A stretch of 64,000 nucleotides of DNA from NCBI RefSeq assembly GCF_006345805.1, contig NC_043012.1, forward strand, positions 55,180,001-55,244,000, in the 5' to 3' direction. The notes below the pieces were generated by a model, which had not been told where the DNA came from, did no database searches, and saw nothing but the letters and a program-made list of their open reading frames with translations. The stretch is from Octopus sinensis. Lineage: Eukaryota. A program made the position numbers and the translations under genes. Shown here in pieces: positions 13,481-26,230 of this stretch. Each line of letters opens with the position of its first letter. The stretch's first letter is position 1.

Positions 13481-14552
13481 AGTACATCAGCTGTTGTGAT
13501 GTACTCCCAGTCAACAGCCTTATCATTACTGGTACTTTAAACTCTTCGGTTGCATATTTGTGTGAATAAAATCGTTTTTCTTTGGAATAGAAAAAAAGTC
13601 TATCTTTACTTCTTCTTTTGCTGGTGTCTCAAATTTAGGTTAAGTTTTGCTCGTGTATATATATTTATTTATTTGTGTATGTGTTTGTTCCCCAACCATC
13701 GCTTGATAACTGATGCTGATATGGTTACGTCCCTGTAACTTAGTAGTTTGGCAAAAGAGACCGATAGAATAAGTACTAGGCTCACAAAAGGACAAGTCCT
13801 GGGATTGATTTCTTCAACTAGAACCCTTTAAAGTGGTACATCAGCATGGCCACTGTCAAATGACTAAAACAAGTAAAAGAAAATACATATACATAAGTGT
13901 ATATATACATGTGTATATACACACACACATATATATATATACATACATATATATACACATATAGATATACATACACATATATACACATATATATACACAC
14001 ACACACACATATATATACACATTACACACACATATATATACACACATACATATACACACACATATACATATACACACACATATACACGCACACATACATG
14101 CACACACACACACACATATGCACAAATGGACTTCCTCAAGTGACCCCACCACCCATCATCCTTCTAACAGTAGCTTTTCCTTGATACACCCAATCTTTCT
14201 CACTGGTTGGAACCTTTTGACTTGATATCCATTTTTCATCCTTATCTCATCTTTTCCACCCACATATTTACATTGATCATTTTTTCTGAGCCACCAGATT
14301 GTTTCTCCTTCTCCATCACCACCACCACGACACATCTCTCACTCTCTACATGTACTACACCTACCCCTCTCTGCCTCTATACCCTGGTAACCTACTCAAC
14401 CACATGACATGCCTTCCTTGCTCGCTTTCTCTCATCCTTGCCCTGTCCACTGTATCATGATAACGATTCTGCTGCTTTCTAGCCCCATGCATCATTGGTC
14501 AGTTACCCCCACCCCTTATCCACTATTCTCTACATCTACTTGTTCTTCATGA

Positions 14553-15002
14553 GATGGCTTGGGCATGTTAGCCGTATGAAAGATGGCAGAATCCCCAAGG
14601 ACATACTCTACAGAGAGCTTGCTAGGGGTACTAGGTCTGTGGGTAGACCGTTCTTACGTTACAAGGATGTTTGCAAAAGGGACATGAAGGCCTGCAACAT
14701 CAATATTAGCAGTTGGGAAGCAATTGCCAACAATCGTGGAGATTGGTGACGTACCGTAAAAGAGGGAATACAAAGGAGTGACAGAGAGAGAGAGAGAGAG
14801 AGGAGAAATGAAAAGACAAGAAAAGACGTCAACAAGAAACTATGACACTACAACCAGCCAGGAACAGTCTTCGCTACATTTGCGGCACCTGCCAGAGCAG
14901 GAAATGTACCAGGACATGAAATGTAAAAGCCGGACTAGACTATTTTATGTGCAACTCCATTGTTTCCCGAGACAAAAAGGATGCCAACAACAACAACCAA
15001 CA
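14553..15002 (+). mobile_element. 5'-truncated RTE-clade LINE with (CAA)n tail and 15-bp TSD
   Basis: RWLGHVSRMKDGRIPKDILYRELARGTRSVGRPFLRYKDVCKRD. TSD ACTTGTTCTTCATGA at 14538-14552 and 15003-15017. Confidence 0.9.
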
Positions 15003-15525
15003 ACTTGTTCTTCATGATACTCATCTCCCTCTCCCACCTCCCACACATTCCTGCAACCTCTTTCTCCATCACAATCTTGGTACTTCTCTCCCCACTCACT
15101 TCTCACTTCATACTTTAAGGGTCCACCCAAATACCTCATAACCCGCCTATTCTTTATCCCTTCCCAACTCCATCCTGTCATCCCTGCCCTCTCTTCTAGA
15201 ATATGAGTAGCCATCTAACTCCTCTATAACAAGAAACCAGTTTCAGTTTAGCCCTTCATCCCCTAGCATAAAAACCACTTCACTTATGGTTTGCCATCTT
15301 GCAAGCTGTATGGTGACCTGAGGAGTGCTAGTGGCACAAAAAAGAAAAAAAGCAGCCTGTACAAGGTGTGAAGTGGTTGGCATTAGGGAGGGTATCCAGC
15401 CATACGCACCACACCAAAGTAGTGAAGCATAATGCAGTCCCTGAGCTCATCAGATCCTATCAAACTATCCGTCCCATGCCAGCATCAGAGATGGACAAAA
15501 GGATAATGACAGTAAATGTGTACAT

Positions 15526-15921
15526 AGGCGCAGGAGTGGCTGTGTGGTAAGTAGCTTGTTTACCAGCCACGTGGTTCCGGGTTCAGTCCCACTGTGTGGC
15601 ACCTTGGGCAAGTGTCTTCTACTATAGCCTCAGGCCAACCAAAGCCTTGTGAGTGGATTTGGTAGACGGAAACTGAAAGAAACCCGTCGTATATTTGTAT
15701 ATATATATATATATGTATGTATGTGTGTATGTTTGTGTGTGTGTGTGTGTGTTTGTCCCATCCAACATCGCTTGACAACCGATGCTGGTGTGTTTATGTC
15801 CCCGTAATCTAGCGGTTCGGCAAAAGGGACTGATAGAATAAGTATTAGGCTTACAAAGAATAAAGGCGGTGCTCCAGCATGGCCGCAGTCAAATGACTGA
15901 AACAAGTAAAAGAGATAAAAG
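15526..15921 (+). mobile_element. SINE family A
   Basis: GGCGCAGGAGTGGCTGTGTGGTAAG head through GACTGAAACAAGTAAAAGAG tail. Confidence 0.9.
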
Positions 15922-16141
15922 AGAAAAGAGATATCTAAATGCAATTTCAACACACACACACACACACAGAGTCCATTCCACTTCCCTCTGTGGGTTGGTT
16001 GGTGTTAGGAAGGGCATCCAGTCATAAAAACCACGCCAGAACAGGCACTGAAGCCAGGTGCAGTTTTCTTGCTTGCCAGCTTCTGTCCCCACTGTCCGAC
16101 CCATGCCAGCATGGAAAGCAGACATTAAAATAATCATCAAA

Positions 16142-16430
16142 GCTGAACTCACAGTATTCTAGGACAGACTCAATATTTTCCACCAGGTAAAGAAAACCAA
16201 ATGTCAGGAATTGGTCAATGAGGCCTTCGGCAATGGATGGCATGCAGCCTCATTCCCCATTAAAGTCAGCTGTTGTGACCTTCCAGCATTGGTGCGCTAT
16301 TTCTCACTGGATTGGTGCAATATTTCTTGCAGAAGATAGATATGAAACTCAGAGAACTTAAGAAAGCCACTATGGAGATAGGAACAGCAGCTGAAACAAG
16401 CTATGGTTGATGAGAGACTGCAAGTGGAAC
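16142..16430 (+). pseudogene. Relic of a restriction-endonuclease-like (REL; HERO/NeSL-type) non-LTR element C-terminus
   Basis: AELTVF*DR...KKTKCQELV.EA..NGW.A..FPIKVSC and KKATMEIGTAAETS, resembling ELTVPWE...KY..L...GW....PVEVGCRG...AE..S.WLW. Degraded. Confidence 0.55.
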
Positions 16431-17228
16431 CCTTCCGTCCTTGTTGTCTCACTCAGGTGAAGATTACTGGTTAAGGGGCGAAATGCTTGTGACTTTGAGA
16501 TACCTGCTGATGATACAGAAGAGTTTCCAGTATAACAAGGGATTTAGAAGAGCTTGGAAAATCTCTGAGCAGCTCCTGTGTTTTTGCATTGAGCAAAGCA
16601 TCTTTGATGTTTATGTTTATATATATATATGACTGAGACCTTTGAAGCACCTTTTGAGCATTGGGCTCACTGAGGCAAAGTGGCCGAGCTCCTTTTGAGT
16701 GTTGGGCTTCTTGGGGGCAATGACCGAGATCTTTGGCATTATGCCATGCGTGAGAAGAAGACCCATCAAGCTGAGCAAAATCGCAGTCGTGGCAGATACC
16801 AGTGTCATGCAAATGGCACCTATGCTGGTAGCACGTAAACACACCCATTACACTTTCAGAGTGGTTGGTGTTAGGAAGGGCATCCAGCTGTAGAAACCAT
16901 ACCAAATCAGACTGGAGTCTGGTGGAGCCTTATGGCTCGCCAGCCCCAGTCAAACTGTCCAGCCCATGCCAACATGGACAACAAACATTTGATGATGATG
17001 ATGATTGGACTGGCTCCTGTGCAGGTGGCACGTAAAAAGCACCATTTGGGCATGGCCGTTGCCAGTACCACCAAACTGGCCCTCGTGCTGGTGGCACGTA
17101 AGAGCACCCACTACACTCTCGGAGTGGTTGGCGTTAGGAAGGGCATCCAGCAGTAGAAACTCTGCCAGATCAGATTCGAGTCTGGTTCGTCCAACCCATG
17201 CTAGCATGGAAAGCGGACGTTAGATGAT

Positions 17229-17510
17229 GATGATGATGATATATATGAAGTTTGCTGGACATGGTGGCTAAGCATCAGATGTGGTTTACTGGCCATGTGC
17301 TTTGATTACCGCAGATATGTTATTGTGAAGGTGGAGTGGATGCCAGAAGGAAGACGAGGTCCTTGTCAAAGGATGGCATGCAGTACATTCCAGGATGACA
17401 TGATAGGGATAGGAGTCAGCCCAAGGGAAGTCAGAAGGAAGGCAAGCAATTGCGATGTTTGGAGAAGGCCCACTGCTTGGCGTGCTGACAGTACTGTAGG
17501 ATCTAAGACA
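17229..17510 (+). pseudogene. RTE-like LINE C-terminal relic
   Basis: KFAGH... then EWMPEGRRG...DVWRR in ORF 17295..17513. Confidence 0.5.
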
Positions 17511-17544
17511 TGAACACAAATATATAAATCTATTAAACAAATAT

Positions 17545-17775
17545 GTTTCTTTACTACCTACAAGGGGCTAAACACAGAGAGGACAAACAAGGACAGACAA
17601 ACGGATTAAGTCGATTATATCGACTCCAGTGCGTAACTTGTACTTAATTTATAGATCCCAAAAGGATGAAAGGCAAAGTCGACCTCGGTGGAATTTGAAC
17701 TCGGAATGTAACGACAGACGAAATACGGCTATGCATTTCGCCCGGCGTGCTAACGTTTCTGCCAGCTCACCGTCT
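17545..17775 (-). mobile_element. SINE family E (GGCGAGCTGGCAGAAACGTTAGCACGCCGGGCG head)
   Basis: Homologous to plus copies at 33925-34160 and 47488-47705; B-box-like GAGTTCAAATTCC. Confidence 0.8.
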
Positions 17776-18892
17776 TTTAAATCTATTTTAAACAATTAGT
17801 AAAGGGAAAATCATTTACATTTCCATTTTAAAGTAACGGACATTGTAAGTGAACTCATTCTTTTACAACAAAAAGAGACTCGATCGTTTTTCAATTTATA
17901 GTTTGAATTATAGGGAAGCAAAAAGTCATGTGCCAAAATTGGGGAGTTAAAAACCCTTTACCTTGGAGTAAAGCTGTCGTTAATGTACTCCAAGGTTGAT
18001 AAAGAGGACTTTTGGTATGTCATCCATGCCCCAAAACAAGAGATAGTTTAAGTCTTTTTTTCCATTTTTTGGGGAAGTAGGGGAAGGCGGAGTTTTATGC
18101 AGAAAAACGTATCTTAAATTTGTAGCTATATTGAAATAAATAAGGAAGGTCGCTTTGCAATCACGTGGCTTTGGGGTTCTGGCCCACAGTGTGTCATCTA
18201 GAGTCTTCTGTTCTAGCTGGGTCCAATCAATGCCTTGCGGGTGAATTTGAGACGGAAACAATTATGGAAGCATGTCGCGCGCATGCGCACGTTTCTCCAC
18301 ACCATCGCTCGACCAACTGGTGTTCGTTTGTTTACATCCGCGTACTAGAGGTTCGGTAAAAGATCGATTGAATAAGTACTAAACATATTTTTTTTAAAAA
18401 AGTACTGGGGTCAATTTATTTGACTAAAACACTTTAATGTGGTGCCCAAGCACGACTGTAGTCCAATGACAGAAGCAAATAATAGATAAATAAAAACAAG
18501 TGGACGAGGCCTTTACGTAGACCCCTTCCTCACACCAAGCTCGGAAACTGCTAGAAATCGCTTCTAAATAACATACCGGTTAATGTTAAAAACATTGGAT
18601 AATGAAGACCTAGATACACTGTCTGAAATAGATTTGATGGTCATGTTAAGAGCTTCTGTGATCAGTAGTCCGTTCCTACGGACTAAAACATCCACCATAG
18701 TCTCATACGACAAGAGGGAATTTTTTAAAATGACTGAAAAAACACGAATTTTCTTTTTCCGGAGTCTAATGTATCAAAAACTTCAAAGGAAGAAAACTCG
18801 AAAACGCTGTTTTTGAATTCAAAAACTGACAATAAGAAAATATTCCTTCTTCAACGTGTGTGTGTGAGTGTGTGTTTTTGTGTGTGTGTGTG

Positions 18893-18924
<32 letters not shown>

Positions 18925-19199
18925 AATTAAATGTATTTAGAAATTCAGGAAATTATTTTTACCATACAGGCCTCAGATCCGCTCTATGCTCAAATGTATT
19001 CCAACCGTGACTATCACTATCTTAAGCGTATCTCGTCCTACTAATCCATTATCTGATCTGTTTCTGCATGGCTGGAACATATTTTGATCTACTCGAGTTC
19101 AACTATGATCAATGACGTTCCAACCGTGACGACGCAGACGTAAGGGTGTGAATATAGGGGACGTTTGGCCGTGTATTTTTTAGCAGGTCATAGGGACCC

Positions 19200-20307
19200 A
19201 TCGATTACTTTTCCATGTAGCTATTAGTTCGTTGAAGAGGGTTTGTAGGGCGGGTCATGTCGGTTACATTTGGGAACGATTTGAATCAAACAGGTGGGTG
19301 GCGGCAACGACGACCGTTAAAAGATAATATGACAATATTAAGAATGGCAAATTACATGTACACAAAACATATTAAATGATCATTTAGTCAGAGTTTTGCG
19401 TTACCGCTTCTCGCTACGACTGCTGTAGTAGTGTTAACAACGTCTTATATTGCGTATACTATTCTTCCTATTGTGTACACACACACACCTAAAACAACAG
19501 AACATATTTCACACAGTCGTTGATTCGAGTTTTGAGTGCGATATCATTTTTCGCTATATTTTACTGTTTATTATCAACTGCGTTACATATCGAGTACACA
19601 TTATTCACATTTTTATATGTATACATGTGTGTTTCTTTCTACGTATAAATATTTGAACTGTTTAAGTTACGTATCATACAAATGTTTCGTCAATAAAAAG
19701 AGGGAGATTCCAAGCAGAAATAATATAGTTAGGGAAAGAGAGAGAGAGAGAGATAACAGAGGCGAGGGATTCCCAATACAGTTGGGGCGTGTATCAAATG
19801 GAATTTCATTGATTTCGTGTTTATTCCGCTCAATGTACTTGACGACGAACGACTGAAAAATTGAAAAGTCTTGTAATAAAAGAAATAAACAGATACGCAA
19901 CACATATGGCCTTGAAGAGTCAAATATGTTTCTCAATATGGTTAGAATTCAGAGAAACATCGTCTGAAGAGAGAAAGAGAAAGCAAAGCAAAGTCAGTGT
20001 GAATGGTGCGTGGGAGAGAGAGAGACAGAGAATGTAAATGGTATTGTGTTTATCAATGGGTTTAAGTATAATAATAGTGCAATACTACAACAGGCAGACA
20101 GGGGGAATGCTGAAAGACACAAGTGAAGTTTATTACGATATCGATTCGATATTGTGAACCAGAGCAATATAGCAGTGATAATCGATACTATACAGGATAT
20201 GTAGTGGTAAACATATTGATAATAATAAAAAGTGAAAGGGTGAATTTTCAACGTTATTTTTCTCTTTATGAATAACATCAACACCCACAATAAATAAATA
20301 AATATAT

Positions 20308-20390
<83 letters not shown>

Positions 20391-20673
20391 ACATATACAT
20401 CATTATACATACATATATATATATATATATACACACATACATATGTTCAAACATATATATACATACATATAAATACATACGTATATATACAAACACAGAC
20501 ATGTATAGACATTATATACTTATTATATATCGATAATTCATTTTATACTTTTTGAGATCTAGTTATATGTTTTATGAAAATATATAATATTTGTTATTTA
20601 TGTTTTGGCTTACGTCTCTCACTGTTTGAGTTGCATAACAGTGGTTTTACCTCTAATTTATATAATATATATA

Positions 20674-20711
<38 letters not shown>

Positions 20712-21170
20712 TATATAAACACAGACACACACATCTGTGTGTGTGTGTATGAAGACGATCGTATAGCATATACATACGCCGTCCTCTTTAAAACACAATC
20801 AATTGAAACATACACACAGCACATGTTATGTCAAGCACAACGTCTCTCAAAACCATACATTTCTCAAGATTATTAAGCGAAATATCAAATCTTACCAAAT
20901 AAAAAAGAGGGAGAGAGAAATCAGTGTAATTAGCGTCCAATGAGTTGCATGTTAATTGTAATATGAATTGGTAAGTTAAGTCGAACGTCAATGTTTTTCC
21001 TTTCAGTCGACTGCTATGTCAAAAAAAAACAGCTGCCATTGACGTACGAGCGACGACGACGACCACGACGACGACAATCAACATCCGGGCTCCGTGCCAC
21101 GCTGGATATATCACAGCCGCCTCTTCGTACGCCCACCACAACCATCTTACTGACACGATGTATATGGATA
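19200..21170 (-). promoter_or_regulatory. CpG-rich, largely non-repetitive promoter / 5'-UTR-like region of an unidentified gene
   Basis: Locally high CpG content (e.g. CGACGACGAC run at 21051-21074), CCAAT near 20936, TGACGTA near 21040, and a plausible minus-strand GT..AG intron at 19489-19670. Orientation is inferred. Confidence 0.4.
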
Positions 21171-21329
21171 TACAGCTATGTGTATGTATGAATACACACA
21201 CACACATATGTTTGTGTATTTATATATATATATTATATATGTATATATATATATATATAATAAATTAATTTTACTCTGCTATGTATTGAGTACCTTATTT
21301 ACTGTGGTTAACCCCGAATCACCCGGGAC

Positions 21330-21400
<71 letters not shown>

Positions 21401-21413
21401 GTATATATGTATA

Positions 21414-21462
<49 letters not shown>

Positions 21463-21735
21463 GTATATATACCCCCAAACTTTTGTGAGTTGAATTAAGC
21501 AAACACTATATATGAGAGAGATTTTCTTTAAGTATTAGAAATAGCTTTAAAAAAGTTTTTTAGCTGCTATTTCTAATGAGTTCAGTATGCGGCAAAGTAA
21601 TTTATTTTACTAAGCCCTTTTATATAATGTAATAATTTGAATTCGCCTTGAATGGTCCTTTGCATACTGAACACTTGGTGAAATTGATTATAATTAATTA
21701 ATTTTGCCCTCAATTGTTGAAATTATATATATATG

Positions 21736-21775
<40 letters not shown>

Positions 21776-22170
21776 TATATGTATATACATATATATATAT
21801 ATATGTATGTATATATATATATATATGTGTGTGTGTATATACATGCATATATATATACATGTATGCGTATATATATGTATATATATATATATATACGTGT
21901 ATATATATATATGTGTGTGTGTGTGTATATACATACATATATATATATATTTATATATTTCTTCATATACATGTGTGTATATATATACACATACATACAT
22001 ATGTGTGTGTATACATATATTTATATATTTATTCATACACATGTGTGTATATATATACATGTGCGTGCATATATATATATATATATATTAATTAGGGAAT
22101 AAAATTCTATGATATGGTGTGATGTATATTAGGATTTGAAGAATTGTATGGGGACTTCTATCTCTAAATA

Positions 22171-22201
<31 letters not shown>

Positions 22202-22210
22202 CACACACAC
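21330..22210. repeat. Long (TA)n/(CA)n/(TG)n compound microsatellite blocks
   Basis: Directly visible; the source of the YIYI-type ORFs. Similar blocks at 5740-5820, 13880-14120 and 20290-20510. Confidence 0.95.
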
Positions 22211-22258
22211 ACACATATGCGTATAGTAAATCCAAAAAAAGCACAAACAAGCTCCTAC

Positions 22259-22890
22259 CTCTGTTGGTAACAAAGGACCACTCCCTCAGAGTGAAAGGCC
22301 CATTGTATGATTGCCTGTGTGCAAACAGCCATGCTGTGACTGCTGCAGACATGCATACGCTTGTAAGAAATGAAACCAATATGCTTCGCTGGATGTGTAA
22401 TGTCAGTGTGTTTGCATGACAAAGTGTAAGCATTCTGAGAGAAATGTTCGGCATAAGAGGCATTAGATGCAGTGTGCAAGAGAGATGTCTGAGCTGGTAT
22501 GGTCATGTGATGTGTATGGGCAAGGACAGCTGTGTGAAGATGTGTCGCACTCTAAAAGTGGAGGGAACCTGTGGAAGAAGTAGACCCAAGATGACATGGG
22601 ACGAGGTAATCAGAAGCAAACCCAAGCGGTGAGGGCCTGAGGGGCACGTGCCCCTCTCAAGAAAAGAAGTGCACCCTTCTAAATAATGTTATTATGCTTT
22701 TTTTCTCCTCGAATTATATTCCCTTCTGACCTTGTGCCCTTCCTTCGAAGAATTCCTGGGACTGTCGCTGGTAGTGAAGCATGATCTTTGAACTTTGTGC
22801 CTCACAAAGGCAATGATAAGTGACTGAGACCTTTGGAGATATGTTGTGCTTGAGATGACCTGTCAAGCCAAGTGAGATTGTAGTCATGGT
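22259..22890 (+). pseudogene. LINE RT 3' relic (family of 5510-6925) with a ~150-bp insert at ~22612-22768
   Basis: GIRGIRCSVQERCLSWYGHVMCMGKDSCVK...GRSRPKMTWDEV; the LINE sequence resumes at ~22769 (GTGAAGCATGATC). Confidence 0.75.
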
Positions 22891-23014
22891 CCACCTTTGT
22901 AATTTGAGATGCTGCTTCAATATCAAATGGACTGACTGCATCAACAACACTGAAGTCCTCAACTGCACCAAGATACCCAATATGCTCGACTTGCTCCAGT
23001 AGCATTGTCTGTAC

Positions 23015-23290
23015 CGGTTCAGTCATGTACATCGCATACTGGATGGGAGGATCCCAAAAGAGCTCCTGTATGGGGAATTGGTCATTGGCACAAGAGCACA
23101 AGGACGACCTCATCTTTGTTTCAAGGACTTCTGCAAGAGAAATAGGAAGTCACTAGATCTGGACATCCTGAGATGGGAGGATGTCGCAAATGATCGCCCA
23201 CAAATATTGCAAAAGGGGATGAAGTGAGGGGAAGAGAAACAGGAACTTGCCACCAAAGTAAAGTACACTTGACAGAAGAAAAAACCAGTA
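23015..23290 (+). pseudogene. RTE-clade LINE C-terminal relic
   Basis: HVHRILDGRIPKELLYGELVIGTRAQGRPHLCFKDFCKR, similar to the 14553 element. Confidence 0.75.
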
Positions 23291-24533
23291 GCACTGGCAG
23301 AGAGTTCCTTCAAATGCAATCGCTATATTCATAACGGTGGGCCTCTACAGCACCAGCAAAGAGCTCCTTCAAATCTAGTCACTGTATCAATGACTGCTAC
23401 TGCCATGTGGGCCTCTACAGCAGCTGACATGTTTTCTTCGGGTGCAGAGCCATGGCCTCTCAAGACCAAGGGATGCTTACTACTACTACCACTACTACTA
23501 GTATTAACCAAATGTAAATCTGTCACTAATTGCCTCTACTCTTAAGTAATGATTGGGCAGAGGAGTAGTAGGTGTCATATGCAGATAGGGTTTAATCTGT
23601 TTGCTTCACTTCAGGATCAAAATGAGACAAATGGGAATGGCTGTTTGGATGTCAACAATTTGGCACAGCTGCCTGGACTTTTAACCTGTTTCAGCACTAG
23701 AGGCAAATGCATACATACAAATGCACGTGCAGGAATATACACATAGAGAGAGTGGGAGAAAAGGAAGACATTACATAGACATACAAAACATAACTAGATG
23801 TTTATGGACATAAACGAAGAGAGAGAGAGAGAGAGAGAGCAAGAGAGAGATTATACATACATAACTACATGCTCAGAGAGAGAGGAAGAGAAAGACATAC
23901 ATATAATCATAACTACATGTTCACAGAGAGAGAGAGAGAGAGAGAGAAAGAGAAAGGCATTATACATACATACAAACATAACTGCATGCTTACACACAAA
24001 TACAGAAAAAGAATGGAGTGGGGTGAAAAATGAGGAAAACATTAAAATGTCTGATGTAAAATAATTAAATGTTGAATCAACAATACCAAATAGGCAGCAT
24101 CATAATGTCTCTTACCTGCTGTAGACACCATCAGTGGTGGCTTCCAATATTTCTGTGATCTCATCACCCTACCTCCATACAGTTAAGCTACATAACACCC
24201 TTACTGTCAATTTTTTGTCAATTGTATTATTCAAATTTAAAACCTTGCAACACCCTAGTTGAACACCATTGATCTGGAGACATACAAACAAGTGAACAGA
24301 GGAGCCTCTACATCGTTGTTCAACTTGCTAGAAATAGCAACTGAATCTCCCTTATATCATCCCCTATATTACTTGCAGTCAATCGGTGTGACTGTGACTG
24401 TTCATGGCTTTGGCGCGATTTAATAAGCTTTCTCCATACTGATCGGTTTTTTGCTTGAGTTTGTCATTTATTATGGTCAGTTCTTTTGTACTTCATATTC
24501 CTTTTTGTAGTATCTTTGAATCTCAGTCTAGGT

Positions 24534-25676
24534 CAGGCCTGACCAACTTGAATTACATTGCAGGCTGCTTTAACCACAGAAAATTTTTTGAGGGCCACTT
24601 GTATACTGACAGAATTGAAAGCATTTTGCTTTCTCATGCAATTATTACAATAATGAATGATTGTTGATTCAACATGAAATACTATTTTGCAATAACAGTA
24701 TCTTTCTTTTGTTTTTGGATTTGGTTTGCAAGATTGTTTATGTGAGTTCGTGTGTTGAAGCATATTCTGTTGTAACTTTTTGCATCTTATAATGTAACAA
24801 CCTTTTCAATAGTCTTGACTCTCAAGACTATTGAAAAGGTTGCAAGACGTAACGAAAATTTTAGGAAAATAAAAATAAGAAATAAGTGGAAATTTTACTG
24901 GTGAGTGTGTTACATTATAAGGCACAAAAAGAAAATGACTCTCCCCAGACACAACAGAGTATCTTTCTATTTCATATTTCAATCTTTAATTTTTGATAAA
25001 ATTTTTAAAATGTTTGTTTAAATAAATCCATTTCAAGAAAGTATCAAGCAGTCCACAAGATAAGAATTTGCATCACTGATCTGGAACCCCTATCTTGCCC
25101 AGGATATTAATCGTCTGGAAACTGTTCAGCGACGTGCAACCAAGAGAATACCCTCCATCAGGCATTTGCCATATTCTGAACGCCTTACTTCCCTGGCCAT
25201 GGATACATTGAAACTCCAACGTCTGACAACTGACTTGGCAGACAACCATAAAATTATTAACCATCTTACTAACAATAACTCTGAGCACCTTTTCAAACAC
25301 CATCTATCTAACACCTGTGGATCTGTTTACAAAGTCAGAAAACAGCACAGCTCCCATGACTTTCGGAAACATTTTTTCACGCTAAGAGTTGCTGAAGCAT
25401 GGAACAAACTGCCGGCATCAGTTGTTAGTTGTCAGAGCACTGCATCCTTCAAAACTTCCATGCTTCCTGAGATTCGCCAACACTACACCTGATTTTTTCC
25501 CCTCCATACACACACAAGCATGTATCTGACTCATACACTGTTCACTTTCCAGACATTTGTACATTACTGCATATGCTTTATATACACTTTTGACAAGTTG
25601 TGGTGCACCTGAGCACTGTATACAATAATTTCATTATTATTTTAAAAGTCTGTGAGCCTCAAGTTGGCCAGCCCTG
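24534..25676. mobile_element. Non-autonomous hAT (Charlie-like) DNA transposon with nested insertions
   Basis: TIRs CAGGCCTGACCAACTTG and CAAGTTGGCCAGCCCTG (15/17 match). Perfect 8-bp TSD GTCTAGGT at 24526-24533 and 25677-25684. Confidence 0.9.
25055..25641 (+). pseudogene. CR1/L2-group LINE 3' end nested in the hAT element
   Basis: WNPYLAQDINRLETVQRRATKRIP...YSERL..L....LKLQRL..DL....KI...RKHFFTLRVAEAWNKLP (ORF 25166..25492). A fragment of the same family lies near 57250-57580. Confidence 0.85.
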
Positions 25677-25719
25677 GTCTAGGTCTTCCATGGTTTCATT
25701 TCCTCTTACATAGTTAGTA

Positions 25720-26230
25720 ATAAAGGACTTGTCTGTCGTTGCTCATCCTGCGTGGCCCAACCAATGTAAATTTCTATCAATGAGGATTTCCAACATAAGA
25801 GGTAGACCAGCGCACAGGAGAATCTCTTCATTCCTGATTTTATCAAAGAAAGAGATGTTCATAATTTGTTGCAGCTGTCTCATCATATATGCAAGTAATT
25901 TGTCTACTTGAGCTTTGCAGACTATTCACATTTCAGCTGCATACAACTGAGAAGAAAGCACTATGACCTGCTAGAACCTCACATTTGACCTGTATAGAAA
26001 CATTCTGTTTATGCCACAACCTCTCCTGTAACCTGTCAAATGAATCACTAGATACTGTCTTATAAAATGACATTTGATAATGTAAATCCAGATAAATTGT
26101 ATCTAAGATGGGATGGTCACAGCTGGAGTGCCTTAGATCAGGGTTATTCTGGACATTGAATGAGATGTTCAGAAACAGACTGGATGGCTGAGAGAAAATA
26201 ATATTCCTAGACTGCAACACTTATGATGTG
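25720..26230 (-). pseudogene. RTE-clade LINE RT relic
   Basis: DSFDRLQERLWHKQNVSIQVKCEV and RQLQQIMNISFFDKIRNEEIL...RNLHWLGHA. Confidence 0.65.

Noticed and set aside
13053-13526. ORF with a paralog-like partner at 51350..51559 (MHVPTAL.I.FSPGIDFCN.FKTYT)
   Set aside because: Both are copies of one non-coding repeat in opposite orientations, with no splice context or known domain.
17960-17996. 11-bp perfect stem (ACCTTGGAGTA / TACTCCAAGGT)
   Set aside because: Too short for a pre-miRNA and expected occasionally by chance.
21694-22102. Many 60-130 aa ORFs rich in Y/I/C/V/H/T (also 8624-9701, 13818-14184, 19994-20555)
   Set aside because: Translations of (TA)n/(CA)n microsatellites, which lack stop codons in most frames.
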